A DNA stretch of 64,000 nucleotides from an uncultured Anaerolineae bacterium (GTDB lineage: Bacteria; Chloroflexota; Anaerolineae; Aggregatilineales; Ch27). A program made the position numbers and the translations under genes. Below are positions 18,255 to 29,279 of the stretch, one piece after another. Location of the stretch: NCBI GenBank assembly GCA_964529715.1, contig CAZGXI010000009.1:20349-84348 (forward strand). Direction: 5' to 3'. Under the pieces are notes generated by a model. That model was not told the DNA's origin, made no database searches, and worked only from the letters and a program-made list of their open reading frames with translations. Every line of letters begins with the position of its first letter. The stretch's first letter is position 1.

Positions 18255-18986
18255 TCAGTCCGTAAAGCGGTAACGCAGCAGCGTCCAGGCCGCAATCGGA
18301 CCGTCATACCATTTGATCTTCTTGCCTTCTGTCCACTCGCGCCCGTTGTAGCTGATCGGCACTTCGTAGATGCGGTAGCCACGCTTGAGCACCTTTGCCG
18401 TGATCTCCGGCTCGAACTCGAAGCGGCGTGACCGCAGAGGAAGCTGCTGCACCACCTCGCGGCGGAAGACTTTGTAGCAAGTTTCCATGTCGCTGAGGAT
18501 GGTGTTGTAGAGGATGTTTGTGATCAGGGTCAGCATCCGGTTGGCGACCATATTCCAGAAGAACATGGTTTTGGTCGGGCCGCCGCGAAAACGCGACCCG
18601 TAGACGACCTTTGTAATGCCTTCCTGGATCGGACGGAGCAGCGAGGGGTAATCGCGCGGGTCGTATTCCAGATCGGCGTCCTGGATCAGGAGGATGTCTC
18701 CGGTGGCGGCAGCAAAGCCGGTGCGTACTGCTGCGCCTTTGCCCTGGTTAACCTCGTGAAAGATGACGCGCACGAGGGGGTCGCCTTGCAGTTTGTCGCG
18801 CAGGATGTCGCGTGTGCCGTCTACCGAGCCGTCGTCCACGATGATAATTTCGTGGGCCATCTCCATAGCCTTGACGCGCTTGACGATCTCCTCAATGGTA
18901 GCCTTTTCGTTATAGCAGGGAATGATGACCGAGAGTGTCAAAGGTTTAGTTTCCACAGCGTTTCTTTTCCTTGTGTGAACGTCCAC
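18255..18986 (-). CDS. GT2 polyprenyl-phosphate sugar synthase-like glycosyltransferase (Dpm1/GtrB/CsbB type)
   Basis: Motifs LSVIIPCYNE, IIVDDGSVDGT, and DxD in QDADLEYDP. GTG start at 18986; an alternative GTG at 18956 has an AAGGA RBS. Confidence 0.85.
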   Translation of the reverse strand: MDVHTRKRNAVETKPLTLSVIIPCYNEKATIEEIVKRVKAMEMAHEIIIVDDGSVDGTRDILRDKLQGDPLVRVIFHEVNQGKGAAVRTGFAAATGDILLIQDADLEYDPRDYPSLLRPIQEGITKVVYGSRFRGGPTKTMFFWNMVANRMLTLITNILYNTILSDMETCYKVFRREVVQQLPLRSRRFEFEPEITAKVLKRGYRIYEVPISYNGREWTEGKKIKWYDGPIAAWTLLRYRFTD

Positions 18987-19141
18987 TATTTCCTAAAATC
19001 CCCAGGATTGTGGCATTATATCCAAACGATTTTACAGGGGCAACCGTGCCAGGCGCGCGGCCAGGCTGGCCCATCGCGCCGTTGGAAACGGGATCAATGT
19101 CCGGGAAAAACCAGGCCCGGCCCTCAAGAGTCGCTGTTTCC

Positions 19142-20029
19142 CTATACTTCAATCCTGCTGGCGCGGATGATGGTCAGTTCTAATAGCAGGCGGATCAGCC
19201 CTAGTCGGAATAGAAGTCCGACAACGACCAACCCTGTCCCGATCCAGGGGGCAAGTCCCCACAGGTAAGCATAGCCAGGGCCGATCAGAGCAACGACGGT
19301 GATCGCCCGAAGCGTGACCATCATACGATCCAGTTCAGGCATCCCTGCGGTTGCTGTGCCAGACATACTGGTAACCAGATTGGTGGTGGGCAGACCATAT
19401 TGGATCAGCACGGCAAATGCCACCGGCAGCAGCCAGCCGGTCGCGCGGGCCAGGACACCGATGATCACACCAGAGGAGCGGCGCTGCGCAAACGAGGATG
19501 CCAGAAGGCCGATAGCCCCGTCAACGGCTACGTCCAGAAACGGGCTGAGCAGCACGTAGGCCCCCGCCGTCAGAAAAGCCAGCACCAACCCCAGCCAGGG
19601 GAAAAAGCCTTGTTGGGGCAAAATGACCAGGGTGCTGGCGAACCATGCCACTTCCATGATGAGCACCGGCACGGCGCGGATGTACATCACTAGGGTGATG
19701 TGTGGTTCCATATACCGGAAGACTGCCGCATACTTGGCATAGATGATCTCCCGCATACTGAGCGCCGTCGTGCGTAGAGGGTTCCACGTCCGATCCTCGA
19801 TCTCGCGGCTGATCATTGTTCCGCTGGCCAGCACGGCAGGTAGCCGCCAGAGCCACTGGACGAAGGGAATCCAGCAGCCGGGCACGGCGAAAAAGAGGTA
19901 TTCGACGCCGCCGATGACATCAAACACCTTCAGCCAATTATCGAAGCGGAAGGTGGGCAAACGTTTGAGTTCGTTGATCGTTACGGTGTGGTCGGAATCG
20001 AAAGGGATAAACCGGGACAGAAGATTCAT
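19142..20029 (-). CDS. membrane protein with ABC-2-type permease-like motif
   Basis: Internal ATG at 20029 preceded by GGGGGAG. ISREIEDRTWNPLRTTALSMREIIYAKY resembles the ABC-2 permease ExxGTxE/LL motif. About 6 TM segments. No adjacent ATPase gene. Confidence 0.5.
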   Translation of the reverse strand: MNLLSRFIPFDSDHTVTINELKRLPTFRFDNWLKVFDVIGGVEYLFFAVPGCWIPFVQWLWRLPAVLASGTMISREIEDRTWNPLRTTALSMREIIYAKYAAVFRYMEPHITLVMYIRAVPVLIMEVAWFASTLVILPQQGFFPWLGLVLAFLTAGAYVLLSPFLDVAVDGAIGLLASSFAQRRSSGVIIGVLARATGWLLPVAFAVLIQYGLPTTNLVTSMSGTATAGMPELDRMMVTLRAITVVALIGPGYAYLWGLAPWIGTGLVVVGLLFRLGLIRLLLELTIIRASRIEV

Positions 20030-20168
20030 GCCCACTCCCCCTTGCGCGTCGGTAGGGTGTGCTCTTGTTGCCAGTATACCGCAGGAAATCGAGAGGGCGG
20101 CCCATGTTCGGGCCGCCCTCCTCCAGGCAGTGACCAAAAACGTGCCACTACAAGATATTGCGGCGCTG

Positions 20169-22823
<2,655 letters not shown>

Positions 22824-22987
22824 GGTTGTATTATCTCCTCCGTTAGGTGATTAGATGAACAGGCGGATTGGCATGGATGCGAGAGCTATGACTGGATCAA
22901 GTGACTGATTATAACGAAGGGCAAGCCGGGGCGAAAGAAGCAAATCATCCTAATGCGTACACAAAGATCATTTTTTGGCGATCTACC

Positions 22988-23016
22988 TTGACAAATTCGA
23001 CCCACCATGTTTTAAT
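22988..23016 (+). promoter_or_regulatory. csoR-copZ-copA promoter (-35 TTGACA, 17 nt spacer, -10 TTTAAT)
   Basis: Consensus -35 at 22988-22993 and -10 at 23011-23016, in the AT-rich gap. Confidence 0.65.
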
Positions 23017-23031
23017 TTAGTTGACCGTCGT

Positions 23032-23052
23032 CCCCTCCCCCTGGGGGAGGGG
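23032..23052. promoter_or_regulatory. perfect 10-1-10 inverted repeat CCCCTCCCCC-T-GGGGGAGGGG, candidate CsoR operator
   Basis: Lies 16 nt downstream of the -10 and upstream of the csoR ATG. C-tract/G-tract pseudo-palindromes are the known CsoR operator style. Confidence 0.65.
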
Positions 23053-23071
23053 GGAAGGGAAGGTTCGCTCG

Positions 23072-23356
23072 ATGGATGCAGCTACCCGTAGTGAGGCCAT
23101 TCAGCGGCTCAAGAGCGTCGCCGGGCACGTCAACGGCATCGTGCGAATGCTTGAGGAAGATCGCTACTGCATCGACGTGATCAAGCAGATTCAGGCCGTC
23201 CAGGCCGCGCTGAGCCGCATCAGCGAAACGATCCTGGACTCGCATTTGCACACTTGTGTGACGACGGCTATCCGGGGTGATGATCCCGATGAACGTGAGC
23301 GTGTGCTCGCCGAAATTACCGAAGTGTTTCATCATGCAGTCAAACCCTTATCCTGA
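23072..23356 (+). CDS. csoR: CsoR family copper-sensing transcriptional repressor
   Basis: RLKSVAGHVNGIVRMLEEDRYCIDVIKQIQAV and HLHTC supply the C-H-C ligand pattern. ATG at 23072; the ORF-track TTG at 23021 would include the operator. Confidence 0.85.
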   Translation: MDAATRSEAIQRLKSVAGHVNGIVRMLEEDRYCIDVIKQIQAVQAALSRISETILDSHLHTCVTTAIRGDDPDERERVLAEITEVFHHAVKPLS

Positions 23357-23370
23357 GAGGAGCGATTTCT

Positions 23371-23580
23371 ATGCAGAGCAAGACCTTTACCGTCCCGAGT
23401 ATTTCCTGTGGCCACTGCGTAATGACCATCAAGAACGAAGTGGGCGATCTGGCCGGGGTCGTTCGTGTTGAGGCCGATAAGGACACCAAGCAGGTTACGG
23501 TCGAGTGGACCGCCCCGGCGACCTGGGACCAGATCGCGGCGCTGCTCACTGAAATCAACTACCCTCCGGCAACCAACTGA
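23371..23580 (+). CDS. copZ: copper chaperone, HMA domain
   Basis: 69 aa. CxxC in SISCGHC. RBS GAGAGGAG. Confidence 0.85.
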   Translation: MQSKTFTVPSISCGHCVMTIKNEVGDLAGVVRVEADKDTKQVTVEWTAPATWDQIAALLTEINYPPATN

Positions 23581-23639
23581 CTCCTGAGGAGCAGGAGGGC
23601 GGGTAACTGTCCTTGTTCACCTTTGCATGAAGGAGTCTC

Positions 23640-26075
23640 ATGAGCGAGAAAAACATCACGCTTCCCGTCACCGGCATGACCTGCGCGAATTGTGTCGCTA
23701 CCATCGAGCGTAATGTGCGCAAGCTGGAAGGCGTCAAAGCAGCGGCGGTCAATCTCGCTACGGAGCGCATCAGCCTGGTTTACGACGACTCGATCCTTAA
23801 GCCGGACGACGTGATCGCCCGCATTCGCAAAGCTGGCTACGACGTGCCGACTCAGACGGTCGAATTGCCGATCACGGGTATGACCTGCGCCAACTGCGCT
23901 GCAACCGTGACGCGCGCCCTCCGCAAGGTGGAAGGCGTGTTGGATGCCGACGTGAACTTTGCCAGCGAACGGGCCAGTGTCAGGGCGGCGGCGAATGTTT
24001 CCCGCGCGGCGTTGATCGCGGCGGTGGAAAAAGCCGGGTACGGCGTGGTCCAGGCGCAGGAGGAAGGTGAGCTTCAGGATGCCGAACAGGCTGCCCGCGA
24101 GGCAGAACTTCGCCACCAGACGATCCGCCTGATCGTCGGGGCTGTTTTCTCGCTGCCGTTGTTCCTGTTCAGCATGGCCCGCGACTTCGGCCTGTTGGGC
24201 ATGTGGGCGCATGAACCCTGGGCGAATTATGTCTTTTGGGCGCTGGCGACACCTGTGCAGTTTTATGTCGGGTGGGATTACTACGTCGGCGCGTACAAGG
24301 CCCTGCGCAATGGCGCGGCCAACATGGACGTACTGGTGGCGCTCGGCTCCAGCGCGGCGTATTTCTACAGCATCCCGATCACACTGGGCCTGTTGGAAGG
24401 GCATACCTTTTTTGAGACGGCGGCGGTTATCATTACCCTGATCGTCACCGGTAAACTGCTGGAGTCCCGCGCCAAAGGCCGCACCAGCGAGGCGATCAAG
24501 AAGCTGATGGGCCTGCGCGCCAAGACCGCCCGCGTCGTCCGTGACGGCCTGGAGATGGATATTCCCGTCGAGCAGGTCCGCGTCGATGATACCGTGATTG
24601 TCCGTCCCGGCGAGAAAATCCCGGTGGACGGCGTGGTGTTGGAAGGCCATAGCGCCGTAGACGAGGGGATGATCACCGGCGAAAGCCTGCCCGTCGATAA
24701 AGGGCCGGGTATGGAGGTGGTGGGCGCGACGATCAACCGGCAGGGCTTGCTCAAGTTCCGTGCCACGAAGGTCGGGCGGGAGACGGCGCTGGCCCAGATT
24801 ATCCGCCTGGTCGAGCAGGCGCAGGGCAGCAAAGCGCCCATTCAAAAATTGGCCGATCAGGTAGCCGCCGTGTTTGTTCCAGCGGTGATTCTGGTGGCAG
24901 CGGTGGTGTTCGTTCTCTGGTTCGCGGGCACGGGTGACTTTACTACGTCCCTTGTGCGGACGATTGCCGTGCTGGTGATCGCCTGCCCTTGCGCGATGGG
25001 CCTGGCGACGCCGACGGCGATCATGGTCGGCATGGGCAAAGGGGCAGAAAGCGGCATCCTGTTTAAGAACAGCGAATCGTTGGAACGCGCTCACCGTCTG
25101 ACTGCCGTCGTGCTAGACAAGACCGGCACGCTTACACGTGGCCGGCCAGATGTGACTGACATTGTGGTGAGTGAGACGGCCACGCTCGATGAAGCGGCGC
25201 TGCTTGCCCTGGCAGCCAGTGCCGAGCGCGGCAGCGAACATCCGCTGGGTGAGGCTGTCGTCCGCGCTGCGCAGGAGCGCCACCTTGCCTTGAGCGAACC
25301 GCATGGCTTCGAGTCGATTACCGGCCAGGGTATTCGCGCCGAGGTGGACGGACGCGCCGTGCTGGTCGGCAATCTTACGCTGATGGAAAGTCATGGCATT
25401 CACCTGAACGGCCTGGAAGTTGAGGCGCGCCGTTTGCAGGATGAGGCAAAGACTGCCATGTGGCTCGCGGTGGATGGGCGGGCAGGCGGCGTAATTGCCG
25501 TCGCCGACACGATTAAAGAGGGTTCTGCTGAGGCCGTGCGGCGGATACACGACCTTGGCCTGATTGTCGTGATGATGACCGGCGACAACCGGGCTACTGC
25601 CGAGGCTATCGCCCGGCAGGTCGGCATTGACCGCGTGTTTGCCGAGGTCAGGCCGGGCGATAAGGCGGCCTACGTCCGGCAGTTGCAGTCGGAAGGCTAT
25701 CTCGTCGGCATGGTCGGTGACGGGATCAACGATGCGCCCGCATTGGCACAGGCGGATGTGGGCATTGCCATCGGTACGGGCACCGATGTGGCAATGGAAG
25801 CTGCCGACGTCACTCTGATCAGCGGCGACCTGCGCGGCGTACCCCGCGCCATTACCTTGAGCAAAGCGACGATGCGGGTGATCCGGCAAAACCTGTTCTG
25901 GGCCTTCGGCTACAACACGGTGTTGATCCCAGTGGCAGCGGGCGTTCTGGCCCCCTTCGCCTGGGTTCCGGCCTTGCTGCGACAGCTTCACCCGATCCTG
26001 GCGGCCTTTGCGATGGCTTTCAGCAGCGTATCGGTGGTGAGCAACAGCCTGCGCCTGCGCAGGAAGAACCTATAA
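23640..26075 (+). CDS. copA: copper-translocating P1B-type ATPase with two N-terminal HMA domains
   Basis: GMTCANC twice, CPC ([11 protein letters not shown]), [24 protein letters not shown]. Confidence 0.95.
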   Translation: MSEKNITLPVTGMTCANCVATIERNVRKLEGVKAAAVNLATERISLVYDDSILKPDDVIARIRKAGYDVPTQTVELPITGMTCANCAATVTRALRKVEGVLDADVNFASERASVRAAANVSRAALIAAVEKAGYGVVQAQEEGELQDAEQAAREAELRHQTIRLIVGAVFSLPLFLFSMARDFGLLGMWAHEPWANYVFWALATPVQFYVGWDYYVGAYKALRNGAANMDVLVALGSSAAYFYSIPITLGLLEGHTFFETAAVIITLIVTGKLLESRAKGRTSEAIKKLMGLRAKTARVVRDGLEMDIPVEQVRVDDTVIVRPGEKIPVDGVVLEGHSAVDEGMITGESLPVDKGPGMEVVGATINRQGLLKFRATKVGRETALAQIIRLVEQAQGSKAPIQKLADQVAAVFVPAVILVAAVVFVLWFAGTGDFTTSLVRTIAVLVIACPCAMGLATPTAIMVGMGKGAESGILFKNSESLERAHRLTAVVLDKTGTLTRGRPDVTDIVVSETATLDEAALLALAASAERGSEHPLGEAVVRAAQERHLALSEPHGFESITGQGIRAEVDGRAVLVGNLTLMESHGIHLNGLEVEARRLQDEAKTAMWLAVDGRAGGVIAVADTIKEGSAEAVRRIHDLGLIVVMMTGDNRATAEAIARQVGIDRVFAEVRPGDKAAYVRQLQSEGYLVGMVGDGINDAPALAQADVGIAIGTGTDVAMEAADVTLISGDLRGVPRAITLSKATMRVIRQNLFWAFGYNTVLIPVAAGVLAPFAWVPALLRQLHPILAAFAMAFSSVSVVSNSLRLRRKNL

Positions 26076-26110
26076 GTTGTGAGGGTGTGGTATCTCTGCT
26101 CAGTGAAGGC

Positions 26111-26139
26111 AGCGGGACGGAGAATGTCCCGCTTTTTTG
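26111..26139 (+). terminator. rho-independent terminator after copA
   Basis: 8-bp stem AGCGGGAC/GTCCCGCT, 7-nt loop, followed by TTTTTGT. Confidence 0.8.
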
Positions 26140-26252
26140 TTAGATGGATGCAATTTTTGATATACTTAAATTGTCATTTTACCTTCTTCCGCCATGACTT
26201 CACTTTTTCTACCGGGATCATGTAATTTTCCCGGCTGTTGGAGGGGATTCTT

Positions 26253-26657
26253 ATGCCCAAGATGACGATTATCGACAACGAATATGTGACTCTCTGGTAT
26301 CATCCTGAGCATGGTATTGTGCACCATCAGTTTCACAAATACATCTACGGCCAGCCTTTCCGTGACATGCTTAGCAAAGGGGCCGACATCTTTGAGCAGT
26401 ACGGCGCCGACAAATGGCTGTCGGATGATCGCAACAACTCTGCCTTGCCGCCTGAGGATGCGGAATGGGGGGATACCTATTGGGCGCCTCGCGTCATCCA
26501 GGCGGGTTGGAAGTACTGGGCGGTGGTCATGCCAGAGGCGATTATCGGGCAGATGAATATGAAGCGGTTTATCAAGATGTATTCTGACCGGGGAGTTACG
26601 GTCAGGGCGTTTACCGATCCCAATGAAGCTCTGAAGTGGTTGGAGAGCCAACCATAA
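26253..26657 (+). CDS. hypothetical protein (134 aa) in a low-GC patch
   Basis: ATG at 26253 preceded by GGAGG. No confidently recognised family (possibly a STAS/SpoIIAA-like fold). Visibly lower GC than its neighbours. Confidence 0.55.
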   Translation: MPKMTIIDNEYVTLWYHPEHGIVHHQFHKYIYGQPFRDMLSKGADIFEQYGADKWLSDDRNNSALPPEDAEWGDTYWAPRVIQAGWKYWAVVMPEAIIGQMNMKRFIKMYSDRGVTVRAFTDPNEALKWLESQP

Positions 26658-26759
26658 CGGGCCGGGGTAACGCCGATTGCCCGGAGGGTTGTTGTGGTGA
26701 GCCGTCGGTTGATCGGCGATCCCCTGACTTTTAGGGAGCCTGCGCCAGGCATCGATTGC

Positions 26760-26788
26760 TTTACAAATCTTCAGGTTTGTGCTATCTT
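26760..26788 (+). promoter_or_regulatory. candidate greA promoter (-35 TTTACA, 17 nt spacer, -10 TATCTT)
   Basis: Hexamers at 26760-26765 and 26783-26788. Would give a leader of about 130 nt. Confidence 0.4.
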
Positions 26789-26832
26789 TGCGTTACTACG
26801 GTAGCGTGGATAGGTTTTGGTTAGCACCAACC

Positions 26833-26894
26833 GGATCGCCCTGAGCGATCCCTTCATTTTGTCTTGGGGATAACACAGCTCCGGCTGTGTTTTG
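26833..26894 (+). promoter_or_regulatory. greA leader hairpins; the second is terminator-like
   Basis: Hairpin 1: GGATCGC-cctga-GCGATCC (26833-26851). Hairpin 2: AACACAGC-tccg-GCTGTGTT running into TTTTGTG (26872-26896), 30 nt before the greA ATG. Confidence 0.45.
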
Positions 26895-26923
26895 TGCACT
26901 TGGATAGCGAACGAGGACGAGAG

Positions 26924-27397
26924 ATGGCGGACCAACCCAATTACCTGACGGCAGAAGGCTTGAAAGAGCTGGAAACGCGCCTGGATTACCTGCGCAACAC
27001 CCGTCGGCAGGAGATCGCCAACCGCCTGCGCCTGGCGATGGAAGAAGGCGGGGAATTGGTCGAAAACGCGGAATACGAGGATGCCAAGAACGAGCAGGCA
27101 TTCATCGAAGGCGAGATCATGCGTTTGGAAGCCATTCTCAGCAATGTTCAGATCATCGAACCAGGTGGTTCCAAAGACACGGTCGGCCTGGGTGATTACG
27201 TCACCGTGCAGGAAAAGGGTGCGTCACAGCCCGAAGTCTATCACATGGTCGGCGCTGCTGAGGCTAACCCGCAACGCGGGCGTATTTCTAACGAAAGTCC
27301 CCTGGGCCGCGCGTTGATGGGCCGCAAAGTCGGGGATAAGGTGACGGTCAAGGCGCCAGACGGCGATATTATCTTCGAGATCAAGGCTATCGAATAG
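26924..27397 (+). CDS. greA: transcription elongation factor GreA
   Basis: 157 aa. LTAEGLKELETRLDYL...NAEYEDAKNEQAFIEGEIMRLE coiled coil plus C-terminal FKBP-like domain. Internal ATG at 26924 with a purine-rich RBS. Confidence 0.9.
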   Translation: MADQPNYLTAEGLKELETRLDYLRNTRRQEIANRLRLAMEEGGELVENAEYEDAKNEQAFIEGEIMRLEAILSNVQIIEPGGSKDTVGLGDYVTVQEKGASQPEVYHMVGAAEANPQRGRISNESPLGRALMGRKVGDKVTVKAPDGDIIFEIKAIE

Positions 27398-27420
27398 CAG
27401 CCTGTCTGGCTACGTGTTGC

Positions 27421-27460
27421 GCGGCCTGTCTGCTCCACGTAGACGGGCCGCTTTTGTGTT
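27421..27460 (+). terminator. rho-independent terminator after greA
   Basis: 11-bp stem GCGGCCUGUCU/AGACGGGCCGC (one G-U pair), 9-nt loop, then TTTTGTGTT. Confidence 0.75.
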
Positions 27461-27570
27461 CGCTATAATCGACCCAATGTGCAAGTTTCAAAAATAGCTG
27501 TTCGCGTAATCTGGTAGTTTGCCGAGCCGCAGTCATCGAATCGGGGCTATCGATACAGAAAGGACTCCCC

Positions 27571-29274
27571 ATGTCTCCTGCGCGCTTGCCTGACAAAGCT
27601 GAGGAATTCAACGGCCAGGATTGGCAGGTGGTTGAACCGTACTATCAGGAACTTGCCGACCGTGCCCTGACTCCGGAGACGATAGATGCCTGGCTGCGTG
27701 ACTGGTCGAAGCTGGAGGCATTGCTCCATGACACCTTTACACTGCTGAATACCGCTTATCACCTGGATACAGAAAATGCCGAAAAACAGGCAGCCGTTGC
27801 GCGTTTTCTGGCGGAGATTTACCCGAAGGCCCTGGTTGCCAATGAACGGCTCAAACGCAAGTTGATCGAGAACGGCGCTGATTTGCCAGAGCAGGCAATT
27901 ATGCTGCGCGGTTTTCGTAATGATCTGGAGCTCTTTCGAGAAGAAAACGTGCCGCTGATTTCCCAGGTCGAGCAGCTTTCGTTGCAATACCAGCAGATCA
28001 TGGGCGCAATGACGGTACAGTTCGATGGGCAGGAGCGGACCGTCCAGCAGTTGCTCCCTTACCTGCTGCGCACGGATCGGACCGTCCGTGAGGCGGCCTG
28101 GCGCGCCGGGCGGGAACGCCAGATGCAGGACCGCGCCGCGCTGCACGACCTGTTCGACCGGATGCTTGCCATTCGTCGCCAGATCGCGGTCAATGCTGGG
28201 TTCGCCAACTATCGGGATTACCGTTTCCGCGAACTGGGCCGCTTTGATTACACGCCGGATGATTGCAAGAAGTTCCATGCGGCGATTGAGCGGGTAGTCG
28301 TTCCGGCAGTGCAAAAACGCTTGGTGCGTCGCCGTGAGAGAATGGGCCTGGATGTGCTGCGTCCCTGGGACCTGGCCGTAGACCCGGCGGGCCGTCCGCC
28401 GCTCAAGCCGTTCGAGCAGGTCGATACACTGATTACCCGGAGTCGGGCCATCTTCCAACACGTCGATCCCACCCTGGCGGGTTATTTCGACACAATGGCC
28501 GGCGAAAACTTGCTGGAACTGGATAATCGCAAAGGCAAAGCGCCGGGCGGCTACTGTACCACATTCTATATCCGCCAGCGCCCCTTTATTTTCATGAACG
28601 CCGTCGGCGTGCATAGTGACGTGCAAACGCTGTTGCATGAGGGCGGTCACGCCTTCCACAGCTTTGAGATGAATTCTCTGCCGCTCATCTGGAATTCCAA
28701 TATTCCCATGGAAATCGCAGAAGTGGCCTCGATGTCGATGGAACTGCTGGCCGCGCCCTACATCACTGAATTCTATAGCCCGGCGGAGGCGGCCCGTGCG
28801 CGTCTGGAACATCTGGAAGGCACGCTCAGCTTTTTGCCATACATGGCAGTTGTGGACGCTTTCCAACACTGGATGTACGAGAATCCCGATCACAGCCATG
28901 CCGAGCGCGATGCGAAGTGGTTGGAATTGCACGACCGTTTCATGCCTGGGGTAGATTGGTCTGGCCTGGAAGAAGAGCGCGCTTCGCTCTGGCAGCGTCA
29001 GCTTCACATCTACGAGGTGCCCTTCTATTACGTCGAGTACGGCATTGCCCAGGTGGGAGCCTGGCAGGTCTGGCAGAACAGCCTGCGCGATCCGCGCACC
29101 GCGCTACAAAACTACCGTGCAGCTCTGGCGCTTGGTTACACACGCCCGCTGCCGGAACTCTACCATACTGCCGGGGCGGATTTCTTTGCCTTTGGTGATG
29201 AGAGTCGGCTGCTCGAACTGGTTGCCCTTATCGAAGGGCAACTGGCATCTCTGGAAGCCGAGGGAGGAAACTGA
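27571..29274 (+). CDS. M3B family oligoendopeptidase (PepF-like)
   Basis: 567 aa with zinc motif LLHEGGHAFH. The antisense 486-aa ORF was rejected. Confidence 0.85.
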   Translation: MSPARLPDKAEEFNGQDWQVVEPYYQELADRALTPETIDAWLRDWSKLEALLHDTFTLLNTAYHLDTENAEKQAAVARFLAEIYPKALVANERLKRKLIENGADLPEQAIMLRGFRNDLELFREENVPLISQVEQLSLQYQQIMGAMTVQFDGQERTVQQLLPYLLRTDRTVREAAWRAGRERQMQDRAALHDLFDRMLAIRRQIAVNAGFANYRDYRFRELGRFDYTPDDCKKFHAAIERVVVPAVQKRLVRRRERMGLDVLRPWDLAVDPAGRPPLKPFEQVDTLITRSRAIFQHVDPTLAGYFDTMAGENLLELDNRKGKAPGGYCTTFYIRQRPFIFMNAVGVHSDVQTLLHEGGHAFHSFEMNSLPLIWNSNIPMEIAEVASMSMELLAAPYITEFYSPAEAARARLEHLEGTLSFLPYMAVVDAFQHWMYENPDHSHAERDAKWLELHDRFMPGVDWSGLEEERASLWQRQLHIYEVPFYYVEYGIAQVGAWQVWQNSLRDPRTALQNYRAALALGYTRPLPELYHTAGADFFAFGDESRLLELVALIEGQLASLEAEGGN

Positions 29275-29279
29275 AACCG

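Noticed and set aside
23559-25094. 511-aa ORF on the minus strand inside copA
   Set aside because: It is antisense to an unambiguous P-type ATPase ([16 protein letters not shown]). Its translation is Arg/His/Gly-rich low-complexity sequence, typical of a shadow ORF in high-GC DNA.
27547-29007. 486-aa minus-strand ORF opposite the M3 oligoendopeptidase gene
   Set aside because: The plus-strand frame carries HEGGH and a coherent M3B-like sequence. The antisense product has no motifs and no RBS context.
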